Both the position numbers and the translations under genes were made by a program. A DNA stretch of 64,000 bases from a virus (lineage: Duplodnaviria; Caudoviricetes). Position 1 is the stretch's first letter; every line of letters begins with the position of its first letter. The notes beneath the pieces were generated by a model. It saw only the letters and a program-made list of their open reading frames with translations. It did not search any database and was not told the origin of the DNA. Positions 27,044 through 37,393 of the stretch are shown in pieces. The stretch lies in IMG/VR virus record IMGVR_UViG_2928552194_000001, positions 853 to 64,852 of that record, one strand, 5' to 3'.

Positions 27044-27814
27044 TCAGGCAGGCACTTCGGCGGTCGGCGCGCTTTCGGCGGTCGCGGCGCCGGCACTATT
27101 CGTCCCCGTCACAGCAACGGAGATGGACTTGCCGACGTCTCCGGCTTGGATCGTGTAGGTCTTGGCGGTGGCGCCGGGAATATTCGCGCCATCGGCCTTC
27201 CACTGGTAGGTAAACGTCGGGCTTCCGGTCCACACGCCGTCGATGGCGGTCAGAACCTCGCCTTCATCCAGCACGCCTGCAATCGACGGCTCCAGCGTAT
27301 TCGTGGGCGCAGCCAGTTCCTCGCTGGAAACCTCAAAGATCGCGGTATTGATGCCGACGGTGAAGGTGCGGCGCACCACGTTGGACACGTTGCCCAGATT
27401 GGTCGGGGCGCCCTGGACCATGCCAGCATAATAAAGCACGGAGTTGCTGTGTCCGGCCGTTCGCGCATCCGCCAATTCGATCTTGATCGGGAAATCAAAC
27501 TTGGTCCGCTCGGCAGCGATAAACGCCTCCTGTCCATCATCCAGAGGATCACGGCCAACGACGATCGTCTGCGTGCCGGCGTCTCTCGGACCCTTCAGCT
27601 TCCGGACGCGGGCGTTGTTAAGCGCCGTGAATGTAATCGCTTCCGAGGTGTCTCCCAGTTCTCCGAGGTCTTCCAGCTCCTCGACCTCGACCCAGTCGTT
27701 GATACCCTCGAAGAACGCGACCGCAGAGGCGTCGTTCATCGCGTTGATCGTGTCGACGTTCACGGAAGTCGGGGAAATGAACAGCTTGCTGTCCGCATTG
27801 GTATGGATCGCCAT
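27044..27814 (-). CDS. Major tail tube protein with C-terminal Ig-like domain
   Basis: LGELGDTSEAITF...RKLKGPRDAG tube motif; TFTYQWKADG...TYTIQAGDVGKSISVAVT Ig-like domain. Confidence 0.88.
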   Translation of the reverse strand: MAIHTNADSKLFISPTSVNVDTINAMNDASAVAFFEGINDWVEVEELEDLGELGDTSEAITFTALNNARVRKLKGPRDAGTQTIVVGRDPLDDGQEAFIAAERTKFDFPIKIELADARTAGHSNSVLYYAGMVQGAPTNLGNVSNVVRRTFTVGINTAIFEVSSEELAAPTNTLEPSIAGVLDEGEVLTAIDGVWTGSPTFTYQWKADGANIPGATAKTYTIQAGDVGKSISVAVTGTNSAGAATAESAPTAEVPA

Positions 27815-27891
27815 CGCGGTTGCTCCTTTTCAATGGCATGAAAAAAGCTCCCGCGAAGGGAGCCGGGGTTACCCGGATGGCCGGGAATGGG

Positions 27892-28341
27892 TTAGGCGAA
27901 GGCCTGGTAGCTCACGCGCACCTGCGTTCTGAGATAGGCATCATCGCGATATGCCCCGAGGACGTCCGGGGCTTTCGTAACGCGCACTCGGACGCCGTCG
28001 AAGTCCATCGGCTGGTCGACCGGGAAGTGCGCGCCGATCTGGCCGGCGTATTCGCGGATCGCGTCCCGGTGCGTCTTGCCGGATCCTGACCCGACCTTCG
28101 ATAGCGGCCAGCAGAGTGTCAGCAGCAGGAGGCCCGGCCGCTGGTGTGGATCGCTCGATCCGATGAAGTGACGGACCGTCCGGTTCGGTTCATCATGCGC
28201 CACGATGTATGGCTCTGGCTGGCCGCCTGATGCCGGTAGCGCTGCCGGCGCATCATCGGTCCACAGAACCACGAACGGTATTGGCAGGCTCGCCACGCGG
28301 GCCTGTATGGCCTGCGCGATCTTCGTCTCGACTGTCGGCAT
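27892..28341 (-). CDS. Tail terminator-like protein
   Basis: Synteny between HK97 gp10-like gene and tail tube. Confidence 0.7.
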   Translation of the reverse strand: MPTVETKIAQAIQARVASLPIPFVVLWTDDAPAALPASGGQPEPYIVAHDEPNRTVRHFIGSSDPHQRPGLLLLTLCWPLSKVGSGSGKTHRDAIREYAGQIGAHFPVDQPMDFDGVRVRVTKAPDVLGAYRDDAYLRTQVRVSYQAFA

Positions 28342-28348
28342 GGCGCTC

Positions 28349-28801
28349 CTATAGCCCGAAGCGGGCTTTCACTTCCGCGGCCTTCTGCGCCACAATCTGC
28401 TGCCACCGCTGTGCAACGAGGTCGACCCAAGGACGGGGTGCCATTTTGGAGGTGCCACGCGCGACCATCGCTCCGTATTTCGCGGTGTAGCCCAAGAAGA
28501 TTGTCTGGCCCAGCTCGGCGCCGGCGATGACGAGGATCACGTCGCCGGCATCCGCATTGACCGTCACGCCCGGGTTATCGCGGATCAACTGCGGCATCGC
28601 CTCGGTCGAGGCCATCAATGAAGCTCGCAGGAAGCCGGTGCGCTTGTAGCCGGGGCTTTCTGGCGTGTCGTAGATCATCTCCGTGACCTGGTCGTTGAGC
28701 TGCTTCACCAGCTCTTGTGCTGCCTCTTTAAAGACTGCTTCCTCGGCCTCCTTCACGCGCCGGGTCCAACCCTCGATCACCGCCGAGAAGGTGTTAGCCA
28801 C
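28349..28801 (-). CDS. HK97 gp10-like tail completion protein
   Basis: RTGFLRAS and GTSKMAPRPWV motifs; GTG start at 28801. Confidence 0.8.
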   Translation of the reverse strand: MANTFSAVIEGWTRRVKEAEEAVFKEAAQELVKQLNDQVTEMIYDTPESPGYKRTGFLRASLMASTEAMPQLIRDNPGVTVNADAGDVILVIAGAELGQTIFLGYTAKYGAMVARGTSKMAPRPWVDLVAQRWQQIVAQKAAEVKARFGL

Positions 28802-29861
28802 CGGTGCGCTCCCGATACCTGCGCAACGCCTGCCCCGTGAAGTCGATGGAAATGTCCAAAGAGCACTTGCAGCCCACGACATGCCTTGCCGGCAGGCTGG
28901 GATCATGCGGCCCGTCGCACTGGATGCCATCGGGCAGCGTGAACTTCGCGCTGAACGGGATGGCGGGCTGGGAGGCCATCGCCAGATGCTCCATCCGCGG
29001 TTCACGGCTGACCGTCCGGCGCCACTTCTTCGTCACGAGGTCAGCGTCAAGCTTGCCCTCGCTGATCTGCTGCTGGTAAGCATCGCGCTTTGAACGCGCC
29101 AGCGCCGAATGCGTCTCCAGAATGGAGATGGTATCCGCCCGGAACTTCAGTGCCTTGTTGGCATAGAGACGCGTGACCCGCTCGACTTCTTCGGGAGCAA
29201 GGCCCCTGCCCTCACGGATCGCCTTCATAACCGTGCGGTCGAGCCGCTTGTCGCGGTTGGCGAAGGTCAGGTAGTCCCTCATGTAGGCCATGTCGCCCTC
29301 GCGCATGGCGCGCTGGATTTTGGCGACGGTCTCCATCTGTGGACGAGAAAGGCCGACAAGACCGCCCTCGCGCCGGCCAGTGACGCGGTTCACGCGACCG
29401 GCGATCAGCCTGCCGGCATCATATGGCGACTGCCCGCGCGCAAGGTTCTCGGTCAGGATTGCTGCAATGCCGTCCCGCGCCTCGGTGACGATACCGGTGA
29501 CCAACCGAGCGGCATGATCGCGCATGGCCTGTTCGGCAGGGAGGTTGCGGACACCCCACGAGAATACGACGCGGTTGCCCGACGGATGGCGCAGCGCAGG
29601 CATGGTGTCCACCGTCGCGATACCGCCGGCATGGTAGGCCTGCACCAGTGCCTGCTCGAACTTGGCAAAAGCCCCGTCGTCGATGCCGAGATCAGCAACC
29701 ACGCCAGCCACGTCTCCGCGCTCCAGCTTCTCCACGATGCGCTTCAGGACGATGTTCGACCGGATGCGATCAATCGCCTCGATCCAGGCAAGCCGAACCT
29801 GCGGCTCGAAGTCGGCTGCGACCTGCTCGAGCAATTCACGGGCTGTCAGCCTCTTGAGCAT
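28794..29861 (-). CDS. Head morphogenesis/minor head protein (Mu gpF/SPP1 gp7-like)
   Basis: RADTISILET, KKWRR..PRMEH and C-terminal GPHDP...GCKC motifs. Confidence 0.8.
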   Translation of the reverse strand: MLKRLTARELLEQVAADFEPQVRLAWIEAIDRIRSNIVLKRIVEKLERGDVAGVVADLGIDDGAFAKFEQALVQAYHAGGIATVDTMPALRHPSGNRVVFSWGVRNLPAEQAMRDHAARLVTGIVTEARDGIAAILTENLARGQSPYDAGRLIAGRVNRVTGRREGGLVGLSRPQMETVAKIQRAMREGDMAYMRDYLTFANRDKRLDRTVMKAIREGRGLAPEEVERVTRLYANKALKFRADTISILETHSALARSKRDAYQQQISEGKLDADLVTKKWRRTVSREPRMEHLAMASQPAIPFSAKFTLPDGIQCDGPHDPSLPARHVVGCKCSLDISIDFTGQALRRYRERTGG

Positions 29862-29864
29862 CGG

Positions 29865-30311
29865 TCAGCCTCGAATAATGAATTTGTGCGCTGCCTTCAC
29901 ACCCGCGCCAGGTATCGGAACCCGCTGGAGCGTGGTGAACGGCAGCCCATCGATATTCACGACCTCCGGCACAACGAGATCGAACGGGACCTCCACGTTC
30001 GAAGCGACTGGATCGTCATCGCCGGTCCGCGTCGATATCAGCGCCATCCAGTCGGCGCAGATCAGCATCTGGTCGGACGCTAGGACGTTGGTGCCGTCGA
30101 CCAGTTCTTTGCTCACACCAGAAACTGCGCCGCGCAGGAGATAGGTCTTGATGGTAATGGCGCCTTCCCACGGCTCCCATGTGGGCCAGTCGGACGGCAT
30201 CGGCTCTTGCTCAATGCGCACCACCGTGATGGCGCCCTGCCCGAGACCTCCGGCACTCTCTGGCGCCAGCAGCTCACGGGCCATGTCGGCCATTTCACCG
30301 TAGAAGCTCAT
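29865..30311 (-). CDS. Head closure (stopper) protein
   Basis: MSFYGEMADMARELL...LVDGTNVLASD; synteny. Confidence 0.7.
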   Translation of the reverse strand: MSFYGEMADMARELLAPESAGGLGQGAITVVRIEQEPMPSDWPTWEPWEGAITIKTYLLRGAVSGVSKELVDGTNVLASDQMLICADWMALISTRTGDDDPVASNVEVPFDLVVPEVVNIDGLPFTTLQRVPIPGAGVKAAHKFIIRG

Positions 30312-30817
30312 GGCCCGATCGACCAGATGCCGATGCCGATCCCGTCCATCTCAGGACAGAGGAACGGCGTGACCATGCCGGCGATACCCGCATCGACGTT
30401 ACCAACGACGCCAGTGACGCCACCTTCGGCCGCCGCTGCGCTGTCGAAGAACTCGCGCTCGATTGTATCGACCTTCTGGCGCTTCACGCGACGGTTCGGA
30501 TCGATTGAGCCCGAAGCCCATCCGGGATTGGTCGCCTCAAGCCAGGCAGCGCGATACGACGCGCGCACCCACGCCGTTGGGATCACGTCATCGGCAATCG
30601 TCTGACCGCTGACCCGGTGTCCAGTGCGGGGCCATGCCCGTTCCTGATCGAACCCGCCCGTAGGCGAACTGCATGTGAGCATCGGCCCGTAGGTGGCATC
30701 CACATAGTCGCTACCGCGCTGGCGCAGGGCGGCGACGGCCGGCGCGTCAGCGGGAAGAGAAAGCCCCTGCCCGCTTAGCCACACCTCGAACTCCCCATCG
30801 CTCCCATAGCCAGCCAT
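30308..30817 (-). CDS. Head-tail adaptor
   Basis: ALRQRGSDYVD, QERAWPR and KRQKVDTIEREF motifs. Confidence 0.75.
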   Translation of the reverse strand: MAGYGSDGEFEVWLSGQGLSLPADAPAVAALRQRGSDYVDATYGPMLTCSSPTGGFDQERAWPRTGHRVSGQTIADDVIPTAWVRASYRAAWLEATNPGWASGSIDPNRRVKRQKVDTIEREFFDSAAAAEGGVTGVVGNVDAGIAGMVTPFLCPEMDGIGIGIWSIGP

Positions 30818-30822
30818 CGCAA

Positions 30823-31167
30823 TTAGCCCTGCTTGCTGGCTTCGACGTAGGCGCGGCGATCATCCTCGCTCATCTGGTTGAAAGCGTCGGCATCGGCCTT
30901 GGACAGGCCGGTCAGATGCACCGTCTCGCCCTCAGTGACGTTGAACCGGCCACCGCCATGATGCTCAGCCTTCAGGCTGGTATCGGCCTCCTTGCCCTTG
31001 CCCTTGGCCGGGTTGGTCACGGCCTCCTTGCCCTTGGCTTCGCCTCCGGAGATGACGCGATAGCGCCCGGCCCAGCCCTTCGGGGCTTCCTTGACCGTCA
31101 GTTCGGTCCCGACCGGGATTTCGCCCTTGGCACCGAAGATGCCGCCTGCGGTGATTTCGATCTTCAT
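30823..31167 (-). CDS. Small head-associated hypothetical protein
   Basis: AAGGA SD; follows the capsid gene. Confidence 0.6.
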   Translation of the reverse strand: MKIEITAGGIFGAKGEIPVGTELTVKEAPKGWAGRYRVISGGEAKGKEAVTNPAKGKGKEADTSLKAEHHGGGRFNVTEGETVHLTGLSKADADAFNQMSEDDRRAYVEASKQG

Positions 31168-31255
31168 GTCAGTGTTCCTTTGCTCTCTGGCCATGACCTC
31201 ACCGAACGGGCCGACACTGGGCCGGCCCGTCTCAAAGGCCATCTTCAGGGAATGA

Positions 31256-32326
31256 TCAGTTCACCACCACCGAGTAAAACACACCCGATTTCCCGTTCCA
31301 GTCGGAGCGGATGTCGAGGCCCATCGCGCCCATGACAAGGAAGTTGTAGTCATCGACCGGGTTGGTGCGGACCATCGCCGTGGTGTTCACAGCCATCCCG
31401 ATCAGCGGGCGGATGAAGTTCGCGTTCGGCACGAAGCCGAAGAACTCATTGCCGCTGAGCTTCCACGTGACGACGATCTTGTTGATGCGCCGGTTCGTAA
31501 GGACGAAGTCCATGATCCGACCGCCCTTGAACCCAGCCGATCCGGAATACTGGCGGTCCCAGTTCCGGGCGATCTCCGGCGAGATGTAGAGGTTCACCGG
31601 GCTGGTGATCAGGTTCGCGTCCAGCATGGCGCCGAACGGCCCGGTGAAGAACTCGTCGATCTCGTCGGCGGTGGTGGTCGGATCAGCCAGATCGATGTTT
31701 GCCCCACCAGCGGCGCTGCCGAGGTTGATCGACTTCGACGCAGGATGGTTGCGGATACCGTAGCCAACCGCACCCTCGAAGGTGATCGAGGTGTCCCCGT
31801 CCAGTGCATAATCCGCCATGTCCTCTCGAATCGCGGCGGTATGGTTCTCCTGATCGTCCGACAGGGCGTCGAAGTTCTCAGACTGGAAGGTGTTCCACTC
31901 GCGCCAGGACCGGCCGTAGCCAGTGTTGAATATCGGCACGAGCGTGCGGCGGTAGTCGTATTCGGTCTTGCCCATGACCTCGGGCACCTGACCGGACAGC
32001 GACCGGCGGACCGTCCCGGCATCGCTCGAAACGCGATATCCGAAGGCGATCTTGCCGATATGGACCGGGCGGGCCAGCGCCATGAGGTCGGCCATGTAGG
32101 CCTGCCCCTCGTCGTCGCGCATGACACGGCGGGTGATATCGTCCATCTCCAGCCACGCGTCACGTGGCAGGATGGCAGCCGTGTTGGTCACGAGGCCCGT
32201 ACCGGACGCGAGTTCCGCCATGCTGTTTTCAACAACATGGAAGCTCTCACGCTGGGTCGAGACCTCGGCCCACCACTGAGCGTGGGGGCGGGAGTTCGCG
32301 ACCAGCTGTTCATCAAAGTAGCGCAT
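31256..32326 (-). CDS. Major capsid protein
   Basis: 356 aa, strong AAGGAG SD, position after protease/scaffold and decoration genes. Confidence 0.85.
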   Translation of the reverse strand: MRYFDEQLVANSRPHAQWWAEVSTQRESFHVVENSMAELASGTGLVTNTAAILPRDAWLEMDDITRRVMRDDEGQAYMADLMALARPVHIGKIAFGYRVSSDAGTVRRSLSGQVPEVMGKTEYDYRRTLVPIFNTGYGRSWREWNTFQSENFDALSDDQENHTAAIREDMADYALDGDTSITFEGAVGYGIRNHPASKSINLGSAAGGANIDLADPTTTADEIDEFFTGPFGAMLDANLITSPVNLYISPEIARNWDRQYSGSAGFKGGRIMDFVLTNRRINKIVVTWKLSGNEFFGFVPNANFIRPLIGMAVNTTAMVRTNPVDDYNFLVMGAMGLDIRSDWNGKSGVFYSVVVN

Positions 32327-32338
32327 GTCGCTTTCTCC

Positions 32339-32800
32339 TTATGCGCCGGCCGACAGGTAGCTCTGCGATCCGGCGGGCCGGATACGGATGAGCTGGTCGG
32401 TGCCAGTGTTGTTGTTGAAGACCTCGTCGGCATAGGCGACGACAAGATCGGAGGTGGCGGCGATCCCGAGCATGCCGTTGGCCGCCGGCGTCAGCGCAGT
32501 GCCCACGGCCGGGATGTTCACGCCGGTGGCGATGCGAGCCGCATAGATGACATCGTCCTGCATCTCGATGCCCAGAACGCGGTCATCGGTGTCATAGGCA
32601 GTATCGACACCCTGCATGGAGAGGTAATTCTCCTGCGCGAGCCAGACCTTGCCGACCGTCGCGGCACCGGCGAGTGCAAATTTGCCGGCGGTCACCACGA
32701 CGAGACAGCCAGGCTTGGTGGATGCTGCAGCCGGGAATTCGAGCACCTGCGGATCGTTCTTCCGCGCCGGCCCGAGGATGATCTTGGAATAGCGGCCCAT
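32339..32800 (-). CDS. Capsid decoration/cement protein
   Basis: 153-aa Ala/Gly-rich beta protein immediately before the capsid gene. Confidence 0.7.
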   Translation of the reverse strand: MGRYSKIILGPARKNDPQVLEFPAAASTKPGCLVVVTAGKFALAGAATVGKVWLAQENYLSMQGVDTAYDTDDRVLGIEMQDDVIYAARIATGVNIPAVGTALTPAANGMLGIAATSDLVVAYADEVFNNNTGTDQLIRIRPAGSQSYLSAGA

Positions 32801-32804
32801 CTGA

Positions 32805-33962
32805 TCAGCCCTCCGCCTTCGGCAGCTTGAAGCCGCCCTTGTCGCCGCCAGTGGGCTTGAATGCGCCGTTCAGCGCAGCCGCCTTGCCGGGTTCGGCCTT
32901 CTTGGCGAGAGCGCGGGCCGCGTTGAGCGTAAGCTCCTTGGCCGCATCCTCATCCAGAAGGTTGGACTTCACGATCTTCTCGCGAAGTTCGGTCAGTTCG
33001 GCCTCATCTTTGGCCTTCTGGTTGGCGATGACCTCGTTCTGGGCATCGACCAGCGGCTTGATGGCGTTCGCGACGGCGGCGCCGACGGTCTCACCGATCT
33101 TGCCGAGGCTTTCCGAGAGGGCGTCAACCTTCTGGGAAAGCTCATTGAGCTCTTTCTCGCTCATGGCATCTTCCTTTTCATTGGTGGAGGTTTCCCGCTC
33201 GGAGCCGAACAGATCGACTATTGCGGTCTTCATTCGCTCGATGAACGACGCTCGCTCGCGGCGCTCCAGAGCACGGGCGATGGAATCCACCGCCCATCCA
33301 AGCTCCCGATCCGCATCGTCTTCGATGACGGAGTTGATCACCTGGATTTCCTTGCCGTCGCGGACGGCCTTGTTCACAAGCATGCCGACGCCCTGATCGG
33401 GCGTGGCGGCACCCGCCTCGCCCAAGAGGATGGCGTCATGGTCGAACTCGATGTCGGAGGCGATGAAATCGGCCTCATCATCATTGTTCGTCGCGGTCAT
33501 GATTGCGTAGAGACCGGTCGACGTGTGGATCGGCTCACCCTTCTCGATGGCGTTGAGCACCGCCTTACCGCCTTCAAGCTGCATGGCGGTGGCGACGTCG
33601 ATCACCTTGTCGAGGAAGACGCGGCCATTCTCACGCCGGACATTCCGGTTCCATGCGCCGATCCAGCCGCGCGCGAGCCCTTCAGGATCCTTGGCCGAAA
33701 CGAACTGCCCCTCGATGTCGGGATGGCCAAGCGGTGCCGGCGTGTTTTCCAGCGAGGCAAAGCCCTTCTCGATCTCCTCGGCGGGATAGCGCACCCTGTT
33801 CATGACGATATTGTCGGGCAGCGTGGCGCTGGGCACGATGATGTAGTCGCGGCCGTTGCGGCGCTCCCTGCGGATCGACGCCGCGTTGACGGAGGTGTGC
33901 ACGTTGACGCGCACCGGGTCGCCGGCAGCGTTTCCGCTCCGGTTGGCAAGCAGTTTCGGCAT
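32805..33962 (-). CDS. Prohead protease/scaffold (DUF2213-like)
   Basis: APLGHP, HTSTGL and DHDAILLGEAGA motifs; helical C-terminus with internal SD/ATG (MSEKEL). Confidence 0.8.
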   Translation of the reverse strand: MPKLLANRSGNAAGDPVRVNVHTSVNAASIRRERRNGRDYIIVPSATLPDNIVMNRVRYPAEEIEKGFASLENTPAPLGHPDIEGQFVSAKDPEGLARGWIGAWNRNVRRENGRVFLDKVIDVATAMQLEGGKAVLNAIEKGEPIHTSTGLYAIMTATNNDDEADFIASDIEFDHDAILLGEAGAATPDQGVGMLVNKAVRDGKEIQVINSVIEDDADRELGWAVDSIARALERRERASFIERMKTAIVDLFGSERETSTNEKEDAMSEKELNELSQKVDALSESLGKIGETVGAAVANAIKPLVDAQNEVIANQKAKDEAELTELREKIVKSNLLDEDAAKELTLNAARALAKKAEPGKAAALNGAFKPTGGDKGGFKLPKAEG

Positions 33963-33967
33963 GTCGA

Positions 33968-35335
33968 CTATTCCTCGGTTGGCTCTCGCGCAGGCGGCGT
34001 GATCACGTCCCGATCTTCGTCTTCGTCGCGATACTTGTCTGCGTCGCTCAGCGGCTCGTAGTCGGCGGCCGCGCGGATTTCCTCGGGCGTGAAGACGAAC
34101 TCCCCACTGTCCTTCATCTTCTGGTTCACGTCCGCCATTTTGACGGTGCGCTCGATTTTCTCGCCCATCGAGGTTTCGGTCAGGTCGGTCCAGTCAAGAT
34201 GCCAATCACGCTCGGGCAGGATGCCGAAGCGCTCCAGCCGGTTCACTAAGGTCATGATGTTTGGGATCACCTGCCCGGTGCGGCGTGACATGTTCGTCTG
34301 CGCCCACTCCTGCGCGTCTTCCGTGCTGGCACGCTCGCCGGTCTGCATGCCGATAAGGATCTTGATCGGGATGCGCATCGAGGCCGCGAAGGACTGAAGC
34401 GGCGCCGCCCAGAAGTGCTCCGGGCTGGGCAGCGTCACACCGAGGGTCTTAGCTTGCATGCCCTGCAGCATGAGAAGCTGGTCGAACCCCTTCTGCCAAT
34501 CCGCGACCTGTTCGTTCATGCGGTCGGCGATCTCGGTCTCCGGCACGCCCATGACCTTCGCCATGTCCCGGATATTCGCCTCCTTGTCGACCTCGAGCAC
34601 TGGAGCCGACTTGGCGTTCTTCCAGAAACCCTCGCCGCCCGCGCCCTTGATCTTCTCCATATCGATCAGGTCGTTGTAGCCGGGCTCCAAACTGGATCGG
34701 CCGTGAATGGTCCCGTCTCGTGACCAGATGATGACGCGATCAGGATGGACGTTGAACGCACGAGGGTTCGTCGTCTTCCCGACCGCCGCCTCGTTGAACT
34801 GGTACATCTTCGGCTGGCCATAAGCCTCAGATGTTTCGTCATTGTCCCATTCGGAAACCTGAAGTTGCCCCTCCCAGACCGGGACAAGCTCGACAACACC
34901 ATCGATACCGCCCGGCACCGTGTCGACTGGCTCGGAAAACCGCTTGCCGTCTGCCAGCCGTAGGATCACGCCTGCGTAACGGCCCACCATAGAGCGGCGA
35001 TCAGCTTCCGACAGGTGCATCCAGACGCGCAGATCATCGAATCGCAGCCGGATTTCCTTCTCCAGCTTCGTTTCCTTCTCGATTGTCCCTTGGCTGCCGT
35101 CCCGTTCCGCCTCCTGCAGGAATGGCTTGTCCTGCCAGGTCTTGTCGATCGTCTTCTCGACCGCAGCGTGGGCAACACCGTTGCGCAGGTAGATGCGGTA
35201 GAGATCATCGAACTTCAGGTCGGTCGGATAGCCGAAATCCCGATAATGATCATGCTTCGGCGCGTTGAAAAACGCCGGAAACATCCGGTCGAGACGGCGC
35301 TGAAACTCGTTGGTGACGAGGCGCAAAACAGTCAT
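33968..35335 (-). CDS. Portal protein (DUF1073-like)
   Basis: 455 aa after TerL; VHPDRVII and IPIKILIGMQTGERASTED motifs. Confidence 0.88.
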   Translation of the reverse strand: MTVLRLVTNEFQRRLDRMFPAFFNAPKHDHYRDFGYPTDLKFDDLYRIYLRNGVAHAAVEKTIDKTWQDKPFLQEAERDGSQGTIEKETKLEKEIRLRFDDLRVWMHLSEADRRSMVGRYAGVILRLADGKRFSEPVDTVPGGIDGVVELVPVWEGQLQVSEWDNDETSEAYGQPKMYQFNEAAVGKTTNPRAFNVHPDRVIIWSRDGTIHGRSSLEPGYNDLIDMEKIKGAGGEGFWKNAKSAPVLEVDKEANIRDMAKVMGVPETEIADRMNEQVADWQKGFDQLLMLQGMQAKTLGVTLPSPEHFWAAPLQSFAASMRIPIKILIGMQTGERASTEDAQEWAQTNMSRRTGQVIPNIMTLVNRLERFGILPERDWHLDWTDLTETSMGEKIERTVKMADVNQKMKDSGEFVFTPEEIRAAADYEPLSDADKYRDEDEDRDVITPPAREPTEE

Positions 35336-37017
35336 GATCTGTGCCTCTTCATCAGGAACATGGCGACCGATGGCGCCGCTGGCGGGTCAACGAATGTGAG
35401 CATCAGGGCGTCCGCGTGATCCGGGCTGGCAATTCCGCGCTTGGCTAGGGCTTCCTTGCGCTCGATCACGATCTTGCCCTTGTCGTTTCGGCCCCACTTC
35501 ACCAGCGATAGTTGCAGGCATAGCTGGTCGCTCTCCCGGTCACCGCTGGGCAGTGCCAGAAGATCGGTCAGCGGATGCTCGCGCCCGTTCTCCTTGCCCT
35601 CGATCCACAGCACATGCTCGTGCGTACGCTGTAGGGCGGTTCGACAGAGCCACCAGATCTCAGCCTTTAGGTTGCCGAACATCTCCTCGGATGTGCGACC
35701 GTCCGGCCAAAGCCGCTCGGATGGCGAAATACCAGTATTGACAGGGACCACGGCCAGGTGAGCGAAGCGCTTTGCCCGTTCGGCATCGGCGGCAGTCTCA
35801 TTGTCGTCGCGGTGCATCAGCGTGGACGAGACGCCGGCGCCAACGCCAGGCGCATCGAAGTTCAACGCGTCGCAGCCTGTCTCGACGGCCGTTTCCAGTC
35901 CCCACCATGCCGTGCCGGTCGTATCCGGGTGGCCGCGGACCTTGGGCGGAAGGACAATCGGACCCTTGCGCGGGATCGCCACAGACTTCGCTTTACCCGC
36001 GCCTACGTCGAGGCCGACGACACCAGCATTCGATGGCTTGAGCCTCGGTTCCATCGCGGCGAGCCGCTTCGCGCTCTCCACCCACAGCGCCGGGATGCAG
36101 ATGCCCTCGACCGACGCGGTGTAATCGATGTCGTATTCCGACGCCCACGTCGTGGGGTCCGAGAAACTGGCCTGCTTGGCCGCAGCCCATTCTTCGGTCT
36201 TGCGCGGGTCATCGCGCCAGTGCAGGCGCATGATCTGATGCGGCTTCATGATGGAATGGCGCTTGCGGGCAAACAGGTTGCCCATGCCATTGACCGACGA
36301 CACCCACATCACGCAATCAGTGTTACCCGACAGCGCCTTCTCGACCGCATCAGCGTTCGGCACGAAGGCCGCCTCGTCCACCACATAGAGCGACGAGCGG
36401 CCGCCACGGCCCATGTCCTCGCCGCCCTCGCCCGAGATCACGGATCCGGTCGCGGGGTTGACCAGGCGCATGTAATTGTCGTGCTGCGCCCAGTTGAAGC
36501 CCTCAGGCATCAGTTCGGGCGGCTGGCGGCGCGCCATGATCCGAAGCTTAGCGAAGATGCTGTCCGGGTTGTCCTTCTTGTCGACATAGTCGACCTTGCG
36601 GGAGCCGAATGTCGTCTTGAAGCCCGGCACGAAAAGCCAGCGGTGTAGCGCAAAGCCGGCCGTGAGGTATGTGGCGCCGGTGTCACGGCTCTTTTCGATC
36701 AAGCCCTCTTCGCCGGCATCTACCAATTCGCCGATCTGGAGGAGGATTTCCCGCTGCTTCGGCCAGAGGCGGAAAGGCACATACGGGCTCTTCCGCGTGC
36801 CATCCGGGTTCCGCTCGCGCGTCAGGCGCGGGTCGTATGTCCAGACGTGTCGGTCGAACCAGTAAAGAATATCGGCCGCGCACTTCTTGCGTTCGATTGC
36901 CCATCCACCGGCCTGGCGCTCAACCTCCCGCTTCGCCTTCTGCTGCTGGATCGCCGACCAGTCCAAGCTTCCGGAGAACCGGATAGGCTCTTTCAAGGAG
37001 CGCAAGTTCATCATCAC
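35332..37017 (-). CDS. terL: Terminase large subunit (true start uncertain)
   Basis: KSRDTGAT Walker A-like, GRGGR..YVVDEAAF Walker B, GLDVG...SPDHADAL nuclease. Confidence 0.93.
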   Translation of the reverse strand: MMMNLRSLKEPIRFSGSLDWSAIQQQKAKREVERQAGGWAIERKKCAADILYWFDRHVWTYDPRLTRERNPDGTRKSPYVPFRLWPKQREILLQIGELVDAGEEGLIEKSRDTGATYLTAGFALHRWLFVPGFKTTFGSRKVDYVDKKDNPDSIFAKLRIMARRQPPELMPEGFNWAQHDNYMRLVNPATGSVISGEGGEDMGRGGRSSLYVVDEAAFVPNADAVEKALSGNTDCVMWVSSVNGMGNLFARKRHSIMKPHQIMRLHWRDDPRKTEEWAAAKQASFSDPTTWASEYDIDYTASVEGICIPALWVESAKRLAAMEPRLKPSNAGVVGLDVGAGKAKSVAIPRKGPIVLPPKVRGHPDTTGTAWWGLETAVETGCDALNFDAPGVGAGVSSTLMHRDDNETAADAERAKRFAHLAVVPVNTGISPSERLWPDGRTSEEMFGNLKAEIWWLCRTALQRTHEHVLWIEGKENGREHPLTDLLALPSGDRESDQLCLQLSLVKWGRNDKGKIVIERKEALAKRGIASPDHADALMLTFVDPPAAPSVAMFLMKRHRS

Positions 37018-37393
37018 TGAGTGAATCCAGCTTCTCGGCCGTGATGGTCACCTGCACCGAACCGCTCAGCCTGCGGTTCTCGACGCCGAGGCCGAACAGC
37101 TTGGCCTTGCCCATGGTGGCTTGCACCGCGGCGCTCGACTGCTTTTCCTGCAGGGCAATCGCGCGGGCCTCCTCGAGCTCTCCGGCGAGGCTCTCGACGG
37201 TCACCTCGACCTTCTTGGCGACCTTCTGCTGAAGCTCGGCGACGCGGGCGGCGATGTTACCCTTTGCTACCAGCCGCGAAGCATGGGAGCGGTTAGGCTT
37301 ATACCCAGCGTCGGCATATGCCTCGGTTGCCGTCTTGCCCTTTGCAAGGGCTTGGGCAAATGCTTCATGCCTTGGGTTCGGGAGGACGGGCAT
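36920..37393 (-). CDS. terS: Terminase small subunit
   Basis: LPNPRHEAFAQALAKGKTATEAYADAGY...ASRL HTH typical of TerS. Confidence 0.88.
   Translation of the reverse strand: MPVLPNPRHEAFAQALAKGKTATEAYADAGYKPNRSHASRLVAKGNIAARVAELQQKVAKKVEVTVESLAGELEEARAIALQEKQSSAAVQATMGKAKLFGLGVENRRLSGSVQVTITAEKLDSLSDDELALLERAYPVLRKLGLVGDPAAEGEAGG

Noticed and set aside
33968-35335. Anti-CBASS Acb1 label sometimes attached to DUF1073 proteins
   Set aside because: Size and position between TerL and protease identify a portal; I see no paired HxT/S phosphoesterase motifs.
36920-37017. Programmed TerS-TerL frameshift fusion
   Set aside because: The overlap is real, but I see no slippery sequence; an internal start (e.g. 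TTG 36966) explains it.
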